A stretch of DNA of 64,000 nt from Elusimicrobiaceae bacterium (GTDB lineage: Bacteria > Elusimicrobiota > Elusimicrobia > Elusimicrobiales > Elusimicrobiaceae): positions 51,370 to 115,369 of the forward strand of contig JAFYXM010000003.1 of NCBI GenBank assembly GCA_017546175.1. The letters are read 5' to 3'. The notes beneath the pieces were generated by a model, which saw only the letters and a program-made list of their open reading frames with translations, was not told where the DNA came from and searched no databases. Positions 13,466 to 22,791 of this stretch are shown piece by piece. The translations under genes were made by a program, and so were the position numbers. How positions within the stretch are numbered: the stretch's first letter is position 1; every line of letters begins with the position of its first letter.

Positions 13466-14371
13466 ATGACAAAAAAGAATGTAGAAAAAGAATCTTCCTT
13501 TGAAGGAAAAAAAGATGAGGCTTTAGGAGATCTTTGGGATTGGTTAAATATCAGACGAGAGGATTTGCCTCATTATATCAACTATATTGCAGAAAATGCT
13601 TTTTCTCTGACTTCTGCCAAAAAACCTTTGTTTCAAAATCCCTATAAGCTTTCACAAGTATATCCCCGTTGGCCGGTAGATATGCGCTTTTTATTAACCA
13701 CTACTCATGATCCTAAAAAAGAAACGCGCAATTTGAACTCTTTTTGTATTTTAATGAGAGGTTATCCTAATATTTTAAAAATTACTGAAGTTTTCCCATG
13801 GAAAAGCGGGGTAGAGGGATATGTTAGCGGATCGTTAAATGATGGGCCGTCGGTTGATTTTCTCGCCCCGTTATTTTATCGGGAAGAAGACAAATATCAT
13901 ATAAATATTTGGGTTACGGTCTATCTGAGTGCCATAGCCCTAAAAATGCAGCCAGCTTCGGAAGAAATATTCAATTTTTCCGATGGAGAGCTATATGAAA
14001 TAATGCTAAAAGATTTTTTGAAAGAAAATCCAAGCAAAACAAAAAAAGATTTTCCTCATATTAGGGTATCTACCAAAAATATGACTGCTTTTCTGCCTAC
14101 TGAAACAACCTCTCTCTACCAATACAGAGCAAAAATCTTGAGAGTATTACAGATGGATCCTTTTGAGGATATAGAAATGCACAGCCTATTAGTATTGCTG
14201 ACAGGAAAGTCTCCTAAAAACTCATTAACAATCAATTTGTATGTTAAGAAAAGTGACCTTAATGGATATACCCCCCAAAAAGGTGATTTTATAGAGGGAA
14301 TTTTATGGATGTTTGGCACAACCCACTTTATGACGGGTGCAGTTCCAACAAGCAATGATGTTGTAGAGTAA
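13466..14371 (+). CDS. hypothetical protein (301 aa), last gene of the plus-strand repair operon
   Basis: The ORF-track frame was trimmed to the ATG at 13466 (AGGATAA upstream), 10 nt after the TLP stop. No recognisable motif. Confidence 0.6.
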   Translation: MTKKNVEKESSFEGKKDEALGDLWDWLNIRREDLPHYINYIAENAFSLTSAKKPLFQNPYKLSQVYPRWPVDMRFLLTTTHDPKKETRNLNSFCILMRGYPNILKITEVFPWKSGVEGYVSGSLNDGPSVDFLAPLFYREEDKYHINIWVTVYLSAIALKMQPASEEIFNFSDGELYEIMLKDFLKENPSKTKKDFPHIRVSTKNMTAFLPTETTSLYQYRAKILRVLQMDPFEDIEMHSLLVLLTGKSPKNSLTINLYVKKSDLNGYTPQKGDFIEGILWMFGTTHFMTGAVPTSNDVVE

Positions 14372-14419
14372 ACATATCAAGGTCACAAGTTTATATTATC
14401 CGTACAACCATTTAAAAAG

Positions 14420-14444
14420 GCACTTCATCTGAAGTGCTTTTTTG
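14420..14444 (+). terminator. Rho-independent terminator closing the island
   Basis: GCACTTCA-TC-TGAAGTGC (inner pair probably open) followed by TTTTTTG. Confidence 0.75.
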
Positions 14445-14550
14445 TTGACTAATACCCCCGCACCGACGATATAAATTTGCCCACCTACTCTTAAAAGAGA
14501 TAAAATATATATATCCTTATTTGAAGACTTACTTAAATTCCGGTAAAAAA

Positions 14551-16215
14551 ATGAAATTAAAACCTAAATTGTTAAGCCTTCTCCAACACAGGAAGAAGGA
14601 GTTTCCGCGTGAGAGAATTATCGCGGACCTAACGGCCGGACTGGTGGTAGCATGTATTGCTTTGCCGCTTTCCATCGCTTTGGCCATCGCTTCGGGCGTA
14701 ACGCCCGATAAAGGCCTTATCACGGCCGTTGTGGCGGGATTTACCATATCTCTGCTTGGCGGAAGCCGCGTGCAAATTGCCGGCCCGACGGGGGCGTTTG
14801 TCGTCATTGTGTACGGCATTATCCAGCAGTACGGCATGCAGGGGCTGTTGGTTTCTACCTTATTGGCAGGCATTATTCTAATCATCATGGGGTGTTTGAA
14901 ATTCGGGGCATTTTTAAAGTTTATCCCCTACCCCGTCACTACAGGCTTTACCAGCGGTATTGCAGTGGTCCTTTTCTCTACGCAAATTAATGACTTTTTG
15001 GGATTGGGACTGAGCGAAATTCCATCTGCCTTTTTTGCCAAATGGCAGTTTTATTTTAACAATCTTTCCCATACGTCCATGCCTACATTACTTATGGGAC
15101 TACTGGCATTGGTGCTGATTGTTTTTTGGCCGAAAAGATTTAAACTTTTCCCCGGTTCTTTAGCTGCCTTAGTCATTACGACGGTCATTGTAAAAGTTTG
15201 GGATCTTCCCGTAGCTACGATAGGAAGTACTTTCGGAACTATCAAAACGGGTCTCATTACGCCGCATTTCCCTGATATTAACTTTGACATTATCCTCAAG
15301 TTATTAAGACCCGCTTTTACCATAGCCTTTTTGGCCGGTATAGAAAGCTTGCTTTCTGCCGTAGTGGCTGACGGTATGATCGGCAAAAAACACCGCTCCA
15401 ATATGGAACTGGTGGCCACCGGCTGCGGAAATATCGTTTCCGCGCTTTTTGGAGGTTTGCCCGCTACGGGAGCTATCGCTCGTACGGCAGCCAACATTGA
15501 TAACGGCGGCAGAACCCCTCTTGCAGGCATAGCACACAGCGTATTTTTGCTCATCATGATGCTGTGCCTGATGAACTATATCAGTCTGATTCCAATGACG
15601 GCACTGGCTGCCATTTTGTTTAACGTTTCTTACAGAATGAGCGATTGGAGAAGCTTTGTTTCTTTATTCAAAGCCCCTGCCAGCGATATCTTGGTACTGC
15701 TGGTTACTTTTGCGCTTACGGTAGTGATAGACTTGGTGGCTGCGATAGAGTTTGGCCTTGTTTTGGCGGCCATACTTTTTATGAAACGTATGGCTGATGT
15801 GTACAATGTAACCAATACTGATGATGATATTATGGACGAAGTACACCACAAAGACGATATAGATGCCAAACAAATAGCCAAGCACGTCACCGTGTATGAA
15901 ATTAACGGACCGTTCTTCTTTGGGGCGGCCAATCTTTTTATAGATACGTTAAGCAATATGAAAGATTGCAAAGTATTGGTTTTGAGAATGCGCAGCGTGC
16001 CCGCCATGGACGCCACCGGCTACCACGCCTTGTATAAAATATACAAGCGTTGTCATGCAAGCGGAGTAAAAGTGATCCTTTCTCACTTACAACGCCAACC
16101 GCATAAAATGCTGAACAAATACGGCTTTTTGGATATTATCGGCAAAGCCAATATCTGCAAAAACATAGACGAATCGCTGATGAGAGCGGAAAAAATTATC
16201 TCTGATGCTGATTGA
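14551..16215 (+). CDS. SulP-family anion transporter with C-terminal STAS domain
   Basis: Motifs DLTAGLVVACIALPLSIALAIASG, many TM segments, and a STAS-like tail (VYEINGPFFFGAA...VLRMRSVPAMDATG). ATG at 14551 is preferred over the TTG at 14521. Confidence 0.88.
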   Translation: MKLKPKLLSLLQHRKKEFPRERIIADLTAGLVVACIALPLSIALAIASGVTPDKGLITAVVAGFTISLLGGSRVQIAGPTGAFVVIVYGIIQQYGMQGLLVSTLLAGIILIIMGCLKFGAFLKFIPYPVTTGFTSGIAVVLFSTQINDFLGLGLSEIPSAFFAKWQFYFNNLSHTSMPTLLMGLLALVLIVFWPKRFKLFPGSLAALVITTVIVKVWDLPVATIGSTFGTIKTGLITPHFPDINFDIILKLLRPAFTIAFLAGIESLLSAVVADGMIGKKHRSNMELVATGCGNIVSALFGGLPATGAIARTAANIDNGGRTPLAGIAHSVFLLIMMLCLMNYISLIPMTALAAILFNVSYRMSDWRSFVSLFKAPASDILVLLVTFALTVVIDLVAAIEFGLVLAAILFMKRMADVYNVTNTDDDIMDEVHHKDDIDAKQIAKHVTVYEINGPFFFGAANLFIDTLSNMKDCKVLVLRMRSVPAMDATGYHALYKIYKRCHASGVKVILSHLQRQPHKMLNKYGFLDIIGKANICKNIDESLMRAEKIISDAD

Positions 16216-16221
16216 TTTTAA

Positions 16222-16247
16222 AGCCCTCTCAAAAGGAGGGCTTTTTT
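16222..16247 (+). terminator. Rho-independent terminator after sulP
   Basis: AGCCCTC-TCAAAAG-GAGGGCT followed by TTTTT. Confidence 0.75.
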
Positions 16248-16377
16248 ATGCCCATACCCAAAAGGCCCACCTCGTAAATAGGTCTAGAAACAGGATTGAA
16301 AATACCGTTAATTTTAGTATACTACTGTAGAGCCCTAAGCTATTCAAGCGGGCCTATTACATTTCAAGGAGCTTTGC

Positions 16378-17064
16378 ATGAAAAAATTCTTTGCGTTCGT
16401 AGCGGCATTGTGTGCAGTGTTGCCTTTATCGGGTTGCTTTATTGAAGATGTGCTGGAAGAAGCTATCCCCGGTTTTTCACCTGAGAACTCTCCTATTACC
16501 GATGAGATGAAAGAATTTTATTTTGAATCTCTTTCCGGTGAAGATCCTTTTGTGGTTATCAGAGAACCCAACAGCTTGGGCATTAAGACACCGGGCTACA
16601 ATAATAAATATATCGCTGTAGCCGTATATGAAAGAGATTGTGAAGTATGTCAGGCACAGGCTCCTTATCTTGATAAAATCGCAAAAGAATTTACTCAGCA
16701 AGGAATAGATGTGATTATTATCTTTTCCGACATCATGAATGATTCAGAAAATAAGGAAGTAGAGTGGATTAAAGATTTATCTTACGTCAAAGCTTATACC
16801 AACTTAACTTCTGCTTGTTCTGAAAACGGCGCCTGCCAAGAAGTATTTTTTCCGTTTGGTGAAGGCATGGTAGGTAATGTTTATTACATCAACAAAGTAA
16901 ATGTTTTAAACAAACTGAAATTCTTTGCTTGGAATACCGCTGGAGATCCGGAAAAGGAATATCAGAATATGCGTCAGTCTATCGCGAACCATTTAGGTCT
17001 TAAGGAGATTCAATTTGATCCTCCTACCGTTGGCGGTTGGAATGACCAAAATATAGAAAAATAA
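16378..17064 (+). CDS. lipoprotein with thioredoxin-fold (redoxin/TlpA-like) domain
   Basis: Lipobox LPLSGC. CxxC motif CEVC in the context AVAVYERDCEVCQAQAPYLDKIAKEF. Confidence 0.6.
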   Translation: MKKFFAFVAALCAVLPLSGCFIEDVLEEAIPGFSPENSPITDEMKEFYFESLSGEDPFVVIREPNSLGIKTPGYNNKYIAVAVYERDCEVCQAQAPYLDKIAKEFTQQGIDVIIIFSDIMNDSENKEVEWIKDLSYVKAYTNLTSACSENGACQEVFFPFGEGMVGNVYYINKVNVLNKLKFFAWNTAGDPEKEYQNMRQSIANHLGLKEIQFDPPTVGGWNDQNIEK

Positions 17065-17186
17065 AAAATGTAATAAAGTTGGCAGAATATCTCAAATCAA
17101 AAAAAGGCGGTTTCAATATCATAGTAGACGATAGTTGGAACGTAATAGAAGACGAGATTGTGTTTTAATTAACCTATATTTCAAAA

Positions 17187-17216
17187 CTCCCTATGAGCTA
17201 CACATAGGGAGTTTTT
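17187..17216. terminator. bidirectional terminator between the convergent lipoprotein and rsmF-like genes
   Basis: CTCCCTATG-AGCTACA-CATAGGGAG with AAAA upstream and TTTTT downstream. Confidence 0.7.
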
Positions 17217-17227
17217 CATTTAAAAAC

Positions 17228-18472
17228 TTATAAACTGCGGATACTCCAGTTCTTGGGGTAGAGATTATTGGCACGGCTACCTACATTTTTCATAAAACCG
17301 AGCGGGACTTGGCGGTAGGTAACCAGTACAAACCCATGCGGAATATCTGGTGGCAAAGCAAAAGACTCACGGTGTAAATAGCGGCGTGCCTGCTCTAAAG
17401 AAAGCTCCACCGCGGGAAATTGACTTTTAGTAGTGGCTAAAGAAAGAGCTTGCGCAACAGACGGGATAGATTCTTTACCTTTCACTTCCGGTTGCGCAAT
17501 ACCGTCTGAAAGAAGATGAATAAAAGGATATTTTTTGGTTTGTACTCGCAAAGAAGACGGCAATGTAGCGAAATCTTTTTCTCCTTCTTTTTTACGCAAA
17601 ACCGCCATAAAAAGACCCTCACTCTGCGTAGTTCCGGGGATAAAACGATATACGGGCTGCTGCCAACCGGAAAGCAAACTACCTGTAATATGCCAATCTT
17701 CTTGAATGGGAACTGATAAAATTTCCGCACCCAACTCTTCGGCTATCCAGCGCACGTTTTCTTCATTTTCAAGCAGGTTAAACGTACAGGTACTGTAAAT
17801 CAACAGCCCACCCTCTCTCAGGCAAGGCCAAATATCACGTAAAATTTCGCGTTGACGTTCTTGACAAAAGGCCACATTTTGCAGGCTCCACTCTTCGGTA
17901 GCGGCCGCATCGCGTCTAAAAAGGCCTTCCCCCGAGCAAGGTACATCTGCCAAAATCACATCAAAAACTAAATTTGTTTTGGCAAAATCTTTGGGAGGAT
18001 TATGCGTTACTAATATATCGGGGTGCCCTTGTTTCAGGATATTTTCCAATAAAATATTGGCGCGGCGACGGTCTATTTCGTTACTAATCAACACCGATCC
18101 TTGAGGTAAGGCCGCCCGCATTAAAGTAGATTTTCCGCCGGGGGCGGCACATAAATCTAAGGCACTTACCGGCTCTTTGACCCAATGACGAAGCACATGA
18201 TCTAAAAACATAGACCCTGCCTCCTGCACGTAATAAACCCCTGCATGAAATAAAGGGTCCAACGTAAAATTAGGCCTCTCTTTAAGCCAAAAACCATCTT
18301 TACACCACGGTACGGATACCGCGCCGTCAAAAAGGTTTTCTCCTGTATATTTCCACGGATTAAAACGTACGCTCACGGGTACTTCTTGCTCAAAAGAACG
18401 CAAAAAAGCCTGCCAACGCTGTGGCCCCAGCAAAGCGGAAGTATATCGGGTAAATTCTTGCGGTAAATTCAT
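17228..18472 (-). CDS. rRNA cytosine-C5 methyltransferase, RsmB/RsmF (NOL1/NOP2/Sun) family
   Basis: Motifs DLCAAPGGKST, DVPCSGEGLFRRD, YSTCTF. Start chosen at MNLPQEF. Confidence 0.85.
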   Translation of the reverse strand: MNLPQEFTRYTSALLGPQRWQAFLRSFEQEVPVSVRFNPWKYTGENLFDGAVSVPWCKDGFWLKERPNFTLDPLFHAGVYYVQEAGSMFLDHVLRHWVKEPVSALDLCAAPGGKSTLMRAALPQGSVLISNEIDRRRANILLENILKQGHPDILVTHNPPKDFAKTNLVFDVILADVPCSGEGLFRRDAAATEEWSLQNVAFCQERQREILRDIWPCLREGGLLIYSTCTFNLLENEENVRWIAEELGAEILSVPIQEDWHITGSLLSGWQQPVYRFIPGTTQSEGLFMAVLRKKEGEKDFATLPSSLRVQTKKYPFIHLLSDGIAQPEVKGKESIPSVAQALSLATTKSQFPAVELSLEQARRYLHRESFALPPDIPHGFVLVTYRQVPLGFMKNVGSRANNLYPKNWSIRSL

Positions 18473-18512
18473 TCTCGTCCCTTTGCACGTCAAAATTACG
18501 TTATTATTATAC

Positions 18513-18540
18513 AAAAAGCCCCGACTATCGTGTCGGGGCT
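18513..18540 (-). terminator. Rho-independent terminator after thioredoxin
   Basis: On the minus strand: AGCCCCGAC-ACGATA-GTCGGGGCT followed by TTTTT. Confidence 0.75.
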
Positions 18541-18562
18541 GGCCGAGAAAACCTCTTTCATT

Positions 18563-18883
18563 TTAAATAATACCCTTTATTTTTTCTTCAATGACTTTTA
18601 TCGGCTCTTCTCCCACTAATTGGGAGCTATGTTTTGCATCTTTAAAAAACAGCATGGTCGGCACCCCCCGCACCGCATATTTGGCCGCGGCTTTGGGTGC
18701 ATGGGAAACATTGACCACGCATACTTTTACTTTGCCTTCGTAGCGCTTGGCCACTTCTTCCACCACAGGCACCATACGGTGACAATGCGGGCACCATTCG
18801 GCGTAAAAAACCACCATTTTCGGTTTTTGAAAATTGGATACTTCCTGCTCAAAATTTTTATCATCTACATAAACAATTGCCAT
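18563..18883 (-). CDS. trx: thioredoxin (active site WCPHC)
   Basis: 106 aa with FYAEWCPHCHRMVP...RGVPTMLFF. GGGGGAG RBS before the ATG at 18883. Confidence 0.88.
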   Translation of the reverse strand: MAIVYVDDKNFEQEVSNFQKPKMVVFYAEWCPHCHRMVPVVEEVAKRYEGKVKVCVVNVSHAPKAAAKYAVRGVPTMLFFKDAKHSSQLVGEEPIKVIEEKIKGII

Positions 18884-19015
18884 AACTCCCCCCATTTTTA
18901 AAACTTCCCTGCTAGTCAAAATATAATTGTTTTTCCCTCCTTTTTCTCTCTTTTTTATAGATTAGAAAAGCCCGGCCTTTTTTGTAGGTCGGGCTTTAAA
19001 AGAGCAAGATGAGAA

Positions 19016-21697
19016 CTAACGTCCGCTTTTTTCTATCATATCACGCAAGCGCGTATTAAAAGCGTCGTTCTTTATCAGGTCTTCCACCGTTACATGCATG
19101 CGGTAGCGCCAATAGTGGCGCGGATTGGCTGGCACATTGATTCTTTCTCCCTCAAAGTCTGGATTGCGTAAATCTTCGTCCATAGATGTCCAATCTTGAA
19201 AACCGAGCAGACATAACAAAGAGGGACTTTCTAAATGTTGGCGAACCACTTGTTCACAAACATCCGCCGGTGCTTCTTTGGGCGCCTCACCGCCGCGTCC
19301 TAATACATCATTGTAAAATTGCTGTGTCAAAGCGCGGTCTTCCGTCCACCACAAACGTAGCGGGCTCATGTCGTGCGTAGCAATACAGCAAACGCTCATC
19401 CACGGATATTGGCGCGGAGAAGCAAACGTAACGCCTACTTGCTTCGGCATGCGCTGAATTTCCAAGGTCAGCATTTTTAAATTATCCAACACTGCAGGCA
19501 CACAGGCAGGAATCATACCCAAATCTTCGGCACAAGGCAACATACGGGTAGACTGCGTAACGGCAGGTAATTTAGCCGCTGCTTGTTCGGCCCAAAAATC
19601 ATTGTGGCGTTCATAGAAATAGTGGTTGTACAAACGGGAGAACGCCGCCTGATCTTCCCGAGATAAAGCATTAAACACCCAGTCGCCCAACACGGCAATA
19701 CGCGGGTGAAATTTGCCTTCTTGATTATGGTCCGGCACAAACAAGACTTGATTAATTAAGGTATATAAACCTTCACAAATTTTGTGGGTTTTTTCGTCTT
19801 TTTTATTACCGAGATAGGCCTCTACTTTGCGTTGCGTATCATACTCGGGTAACAGCGCATATCCGTTTTCTTGTGCGGTTAAATAAGCTTCTTTTACTTC
19901 AGCAGCATATTCTCCGAACACAGCCTGCAGCATTTCTTCGCTGATGTAAGGAGTTAAATAAGCATCTTTCCATTCCAATCCGAAGAAACGTTTTATTTCT
20001 TCTTTCGTAAATCCTAGAGCCGGGGCAAATTGCCCCAAAAGCCCTTGCACGCTGTGTAAAGGAATTTCCCAAATGCGGAAGAAACCCAAAATGTGATCCA
20101 CGCGGTAGGCATCAAAATATTCAGCCATTTTTTCAAAACGGCGCAACCACCAACTATAGCCGTCTTTGGCCATTTCAGACCAGTTATACGTCGGGAACCC
20201 CCAGTTTTGCCCCGTAGCAGAGAAAGGATCCGGCGGAGCACCGGCCTGCGCATTTAAATTGTAGAGTTTTGGCTCAGCCCAAGCATCAGCACTTTGGCGA
20301 GATACACCTATAGGGATATCCCCTTTGAGCAAAATACCTTTAGAGCGGGCATAATCGGCTGCGGCCAATAACTGCTTGTGCAAGGTATATTGCACATAAT
20401 AATGAAAAGAAATTTCCTTAAAAGCGGCACTGGTTGGAGCGCACAAAGCAAAAATTTGATCTCTATTGTACACACTAAAACGCGGCCATTTGGAAAAATC
20501 AGGCGTGCCGAATTGATCGCGCAAATAACTAAATGCCGCATACGGCACCAACCAGCGGCGGTTTTTATCAAAAAATTCTTGGTAACCGCGCGTGGTAAAG
20601 GTTTTCCCCTCGTCTTCTTTAAAAGCCGCCTGCAAATAGGCTCTTTTGAGTTTATTTACTTCTTCATAATCTACTTGCGGCAAAGCATTGAGTTTTTTAC
20701 GTTCTTGTTCAAATTGTTCCGCTTGTTTTTTATCTTTCAAGGCAGGCAACTGGTTTAAATCTACATACATCGGGTGCAAGGCATACACCGATACGGCATT
20801 GTACGGGTAAGAATCTGTCCACGTACCTGTCAGGGTGGTATCATTGATAGGCAAAAGCTGAATTACTTTTTGCCCCGATATTGCCGCCCAATCAGCCAAC
20901 GTTTTTAAATCACCGAAATCACCCACGCCAAAGCTTTTTTCCGTACGAATAGAAAACACCGGCAGCACTACGCCGGCCGCTCTCCACGGGGCACGGCCGA
21001 AAAGCGGACATTGATCGGAAAGAACAATGGCCTCTTCATCTTTAATCACGAGAAAAGGAAGTACCCTGTCGGCCCCCTGTTCCCACTCCACAGAGCCGTC
21101 TGTTTTGCGGACTACAAATTTATACAAAGAGCCGCTCTTTATTTTTTCGGCATCTAAAGAAACACTCCACTCATGCAAAGAAGTCTTTTGCATAGTAACG
21201 GCATTTAAAGTATTCCACGCACCCAAGGCTTCTTCCTCACCGCACAAACACAACACTTCTCCTTCTTTGAGTTGAGGAGCAAAAGCACGTAAAATAATGG
21301 TCTTGTTAAAAACAACATCCGCTCCTTTATAATATAAGTGTTCATCTTGCGTGTTGGTATAGGCGGTACTGTAAAGCGCAGACAAGGCAGGAGCGTCACG
21401 CCAAGCATCTCTAAGTTCATAACGTTTGGCAGGATGTTTGCCGGTCACTACCTTGCGCGGTACGGCGCGCCATTCGCGGCGTTTGACGGACCCGTTTTCA
21501 TACACGGCATAGTAGTAAATCAGTTCGGCTCCTTCCGGAAGGGTAATTTCAATAGTAGCTTTCCACGTCTCTCCGTCAGTGGTATGCAATGGCAATACGC
21601 GCTCTCTTCCCGGCATTCCAAAGCCCGATAAACGAAGTACGGCTTTGATTTGTTCTCCCCAACGGGTACGGTACGGCAGCGTAAAATGCAAATGCAT
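19016..21697 (-). CDS. malQ: 4-alpha-glucanotransferase (GH77 amylomaltase) with N-terminal CBM20-like starch-binding modules
   Basis: 893 aa. Two N-terminal beta-rich modules (W..G..I...G, LCGEEEALGAWN). GH77 motifs: SYPYNAVSVYALHP, LKGDIPIGV, YRVDHILGFFRIWEIP, AEDLGMIP. Confidence 0.85.
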   Translation of the reverse strand: MHLHFTLPYRTRWGEQIKAVLRLSGFGMPGRERVLPLHTTDGETWKATIEITLPEGAELIYYYAVYENGSVKRREWRAVPRKVVTGKHPAKRYELRDAWRDAPALSALYSTAYTNTQDEHLYYKGADVVFNKTIILRAFAPQLKEGEVLCLCGEEEALGAWNTLNAVTMQKTSLHEWSVSLDAEKIKSGSLYKFVVRKTDGSVEWEQGADRVLPFLVIKDEEAIVLSDQCPLFGRAPWRAAGVVLPVFSIRTEKSFGVGDFGDLKTLADWAAISGQKVIQLLPINDTTLTGTWTDSYPYNAVSVYALHPMYVDLNQLPALKDKKQAEQFEQERKKLNALPQVDYEEVNKLKRAYLQAAFKEDEGKTFTTRGYQEFFDKNRRWLVPYAAFSYLRDQFGTPDFSKWPRFSVYNRDQIFALCAPTSAAFKEISFHYYVQYTLHKQLLAAADYARSKGILLKGDIPIGVSRQSADAWAEPKLYNLNAQAGAPPDPFSATGQNWGFPTYNWSEMAKDGYSWWLRRFEKMAEYFDAYRVDHILGFFRIWEIPLHSVQGLLGQFAPALGFTKEEIKRFFGLEWKDAYLTPYISEEMLQAVFGEYAAEVKEAYLTAQENGYALLPEYDTQRKVEAYLGNKKDEKTHKICEGLYTLINQVLFVPDHNQEGKFHPRIAVLGDWVFNALSREDQAAFSRLYNHYFYERHNDFWAEQAAAKLPAVTQSTRMLPCAEDLGMIPACVPAVLDNLKMLTLEIQRMPKQVGVTFASPRQYPWMSVCCIATHDMSPLRLWWTEDRALTQQFYNDVLGRGGEAPKEAPADVCEQVVRQHLESPSLLCLLGFQDWTSMDEDLRNPDFEGERINVPANPRHYWRYRMHVTVEDLIKNDAFNTRLRDMIEKSGR

Positions 21698-21828
21698 ATA
21701 ACTTCCTCCAAGAATTAATAAAGTTAAAAGGCGGGACCTGCTTCTTTCATTATAACATTAAGAATAGAAATTGGCACAACGGATTTTTCTCTTCGCTTAC
21801 TTTTCTGCTGATTTGATAAAATATAGAT

Positions 21829-22791
21829 ATGACTAAATTAAAAACAATTTTCTTCGGAACACCCGAAATTTCCGTCCCTTATTTGGAACTATTGCATGAA
21901 CTGACCGACGTGCAAATGGTGGTTACACAGGCAGACAAGCCCCGCGGCCGCGGTATGGTGATTACCCCCTGCCCCGTCAAAGCCCGCGCATTGGAACTGG
22001 GCCTGACGGTGCGTTCCCCCGAAAAAATGAAAGACATTTTTGAAGAAGTGCAAAATACTCCTTTTGAGTTGGGCGTAGCGGTGGCCTTTGGCAAAATTTT
22101 CCGCCCCGACTTTTTGGCACTTCCCAAATTGGGCATTATTAACGTGCATTTTTCCTTACTTCCGCTTTTGCGTGGCGCGGCACCGGTGCAACACAGTTTG
22201 TTTCAAGATTTTAAAACCACGGGTATCAGTGTATTTTGGATTGCCCCCGGCATGGACGACGGGCCGATTCTCCTGCAAAAAGAAATTCCTGTAGATCCGT
22301 CAGACAATGCCGAAACACTTTTTGGCAAACTGATCCCCTTGGGGCTGGCCGGTTTACGGGAAGCCGTAACGCAAATTGAAAACGGTCAAATTACCAAAAC
22401 CGAACAAACAGGCGAGCCTACCTTTGCCCCCATGATCAGCAAAGAAGAAGCTTTTTTAAATTTTCAAACCATGACAGCAGCGCAAATTCATCACAAAGTA
22501 CGCGGCTTGGCCTGTGGCCCTAAACCCCGCACTACAATTTGCTTAAACGGTAAGCAAGAACTCCTGCAAATTTTGCGTACAGAATTAGACACGCAAAATC
22601 TTTCCGCTCAAAGCGGGGCAGGTGCGCTTTTATCCGTTGAAAGCAGCAAGGGATTTTTAGTAAAATGTAAAGAAGGAAATATTTGGATTACCGAGGTGCA
22701 CCCTGCCGGTAAAAAACCCATGTCCGCAGCGGCCTTTGCCAACGGACGGGGACTTAAGCCTGCAGAAAGGGTGTTCGTGAGTAATGACTAA
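21829..22791 (+). CDS. fmt: methionyl-tRNA formyltransferase
   Basis: Motifs IFFGTPEISVPYLE, QADKPRGRG, INVHFSLLPLLRGAAPVQ. Confidence 0.92.
   Translation: MTKLKTIFFGTPEISVPYLELLHELTDVQMVVTQADKPRGRGMVITPCPVKARALELGLTVRSPEKMKDIFEEVQNTPFELGVAVAFGKIFRPDFLALPKLGIINVHFSLLPLLRGAAPVQHSLFQDFKTTGISVFWIAPGMDDGPILLQKEIPVDPSDNAETLFGKLIPLGLAGLREAVTQIENGQITKTEQTGEPTFAPMISKEEAFLNFQTMTAAQIHHKVRGLACGPKPRTTICLNGKQELLQILRTELDTQNLSAQSGAGALLSVESSKGFLVKCKEGNIWITEVHPAGKKPMSAAAFANGRGLKPAERVFVSND

Noticed and set aside
13550-13740. Rx4-6H strings (RREDLPH, RFLLTTTH) in the 301-aa unknown protein as HEPN RNase motifs
   Set aside because: The first lies too close to the N-terminus for a HEPN fold. Neither has the typical polar residue pattern or helical context that I can verify. 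Short motifs like these occur by chance.
17075-17167. Small TTG-initiated frame LAEYLKSKKGGFNIIVDDSWNVIEDEIVF between the lipoprotein and rsmF-like genes
   Set aside because: It is only 30 codons, with a non-ATG start, no RBS and no recognisable family. It could be a gene remnant but is unsupported.
21770-21800. TGGCAC upstream of fmt as a sigma54 -24 element
   Set aside because: The expected -12 TTGC element is absent at the correct spacing (ATTT instead).
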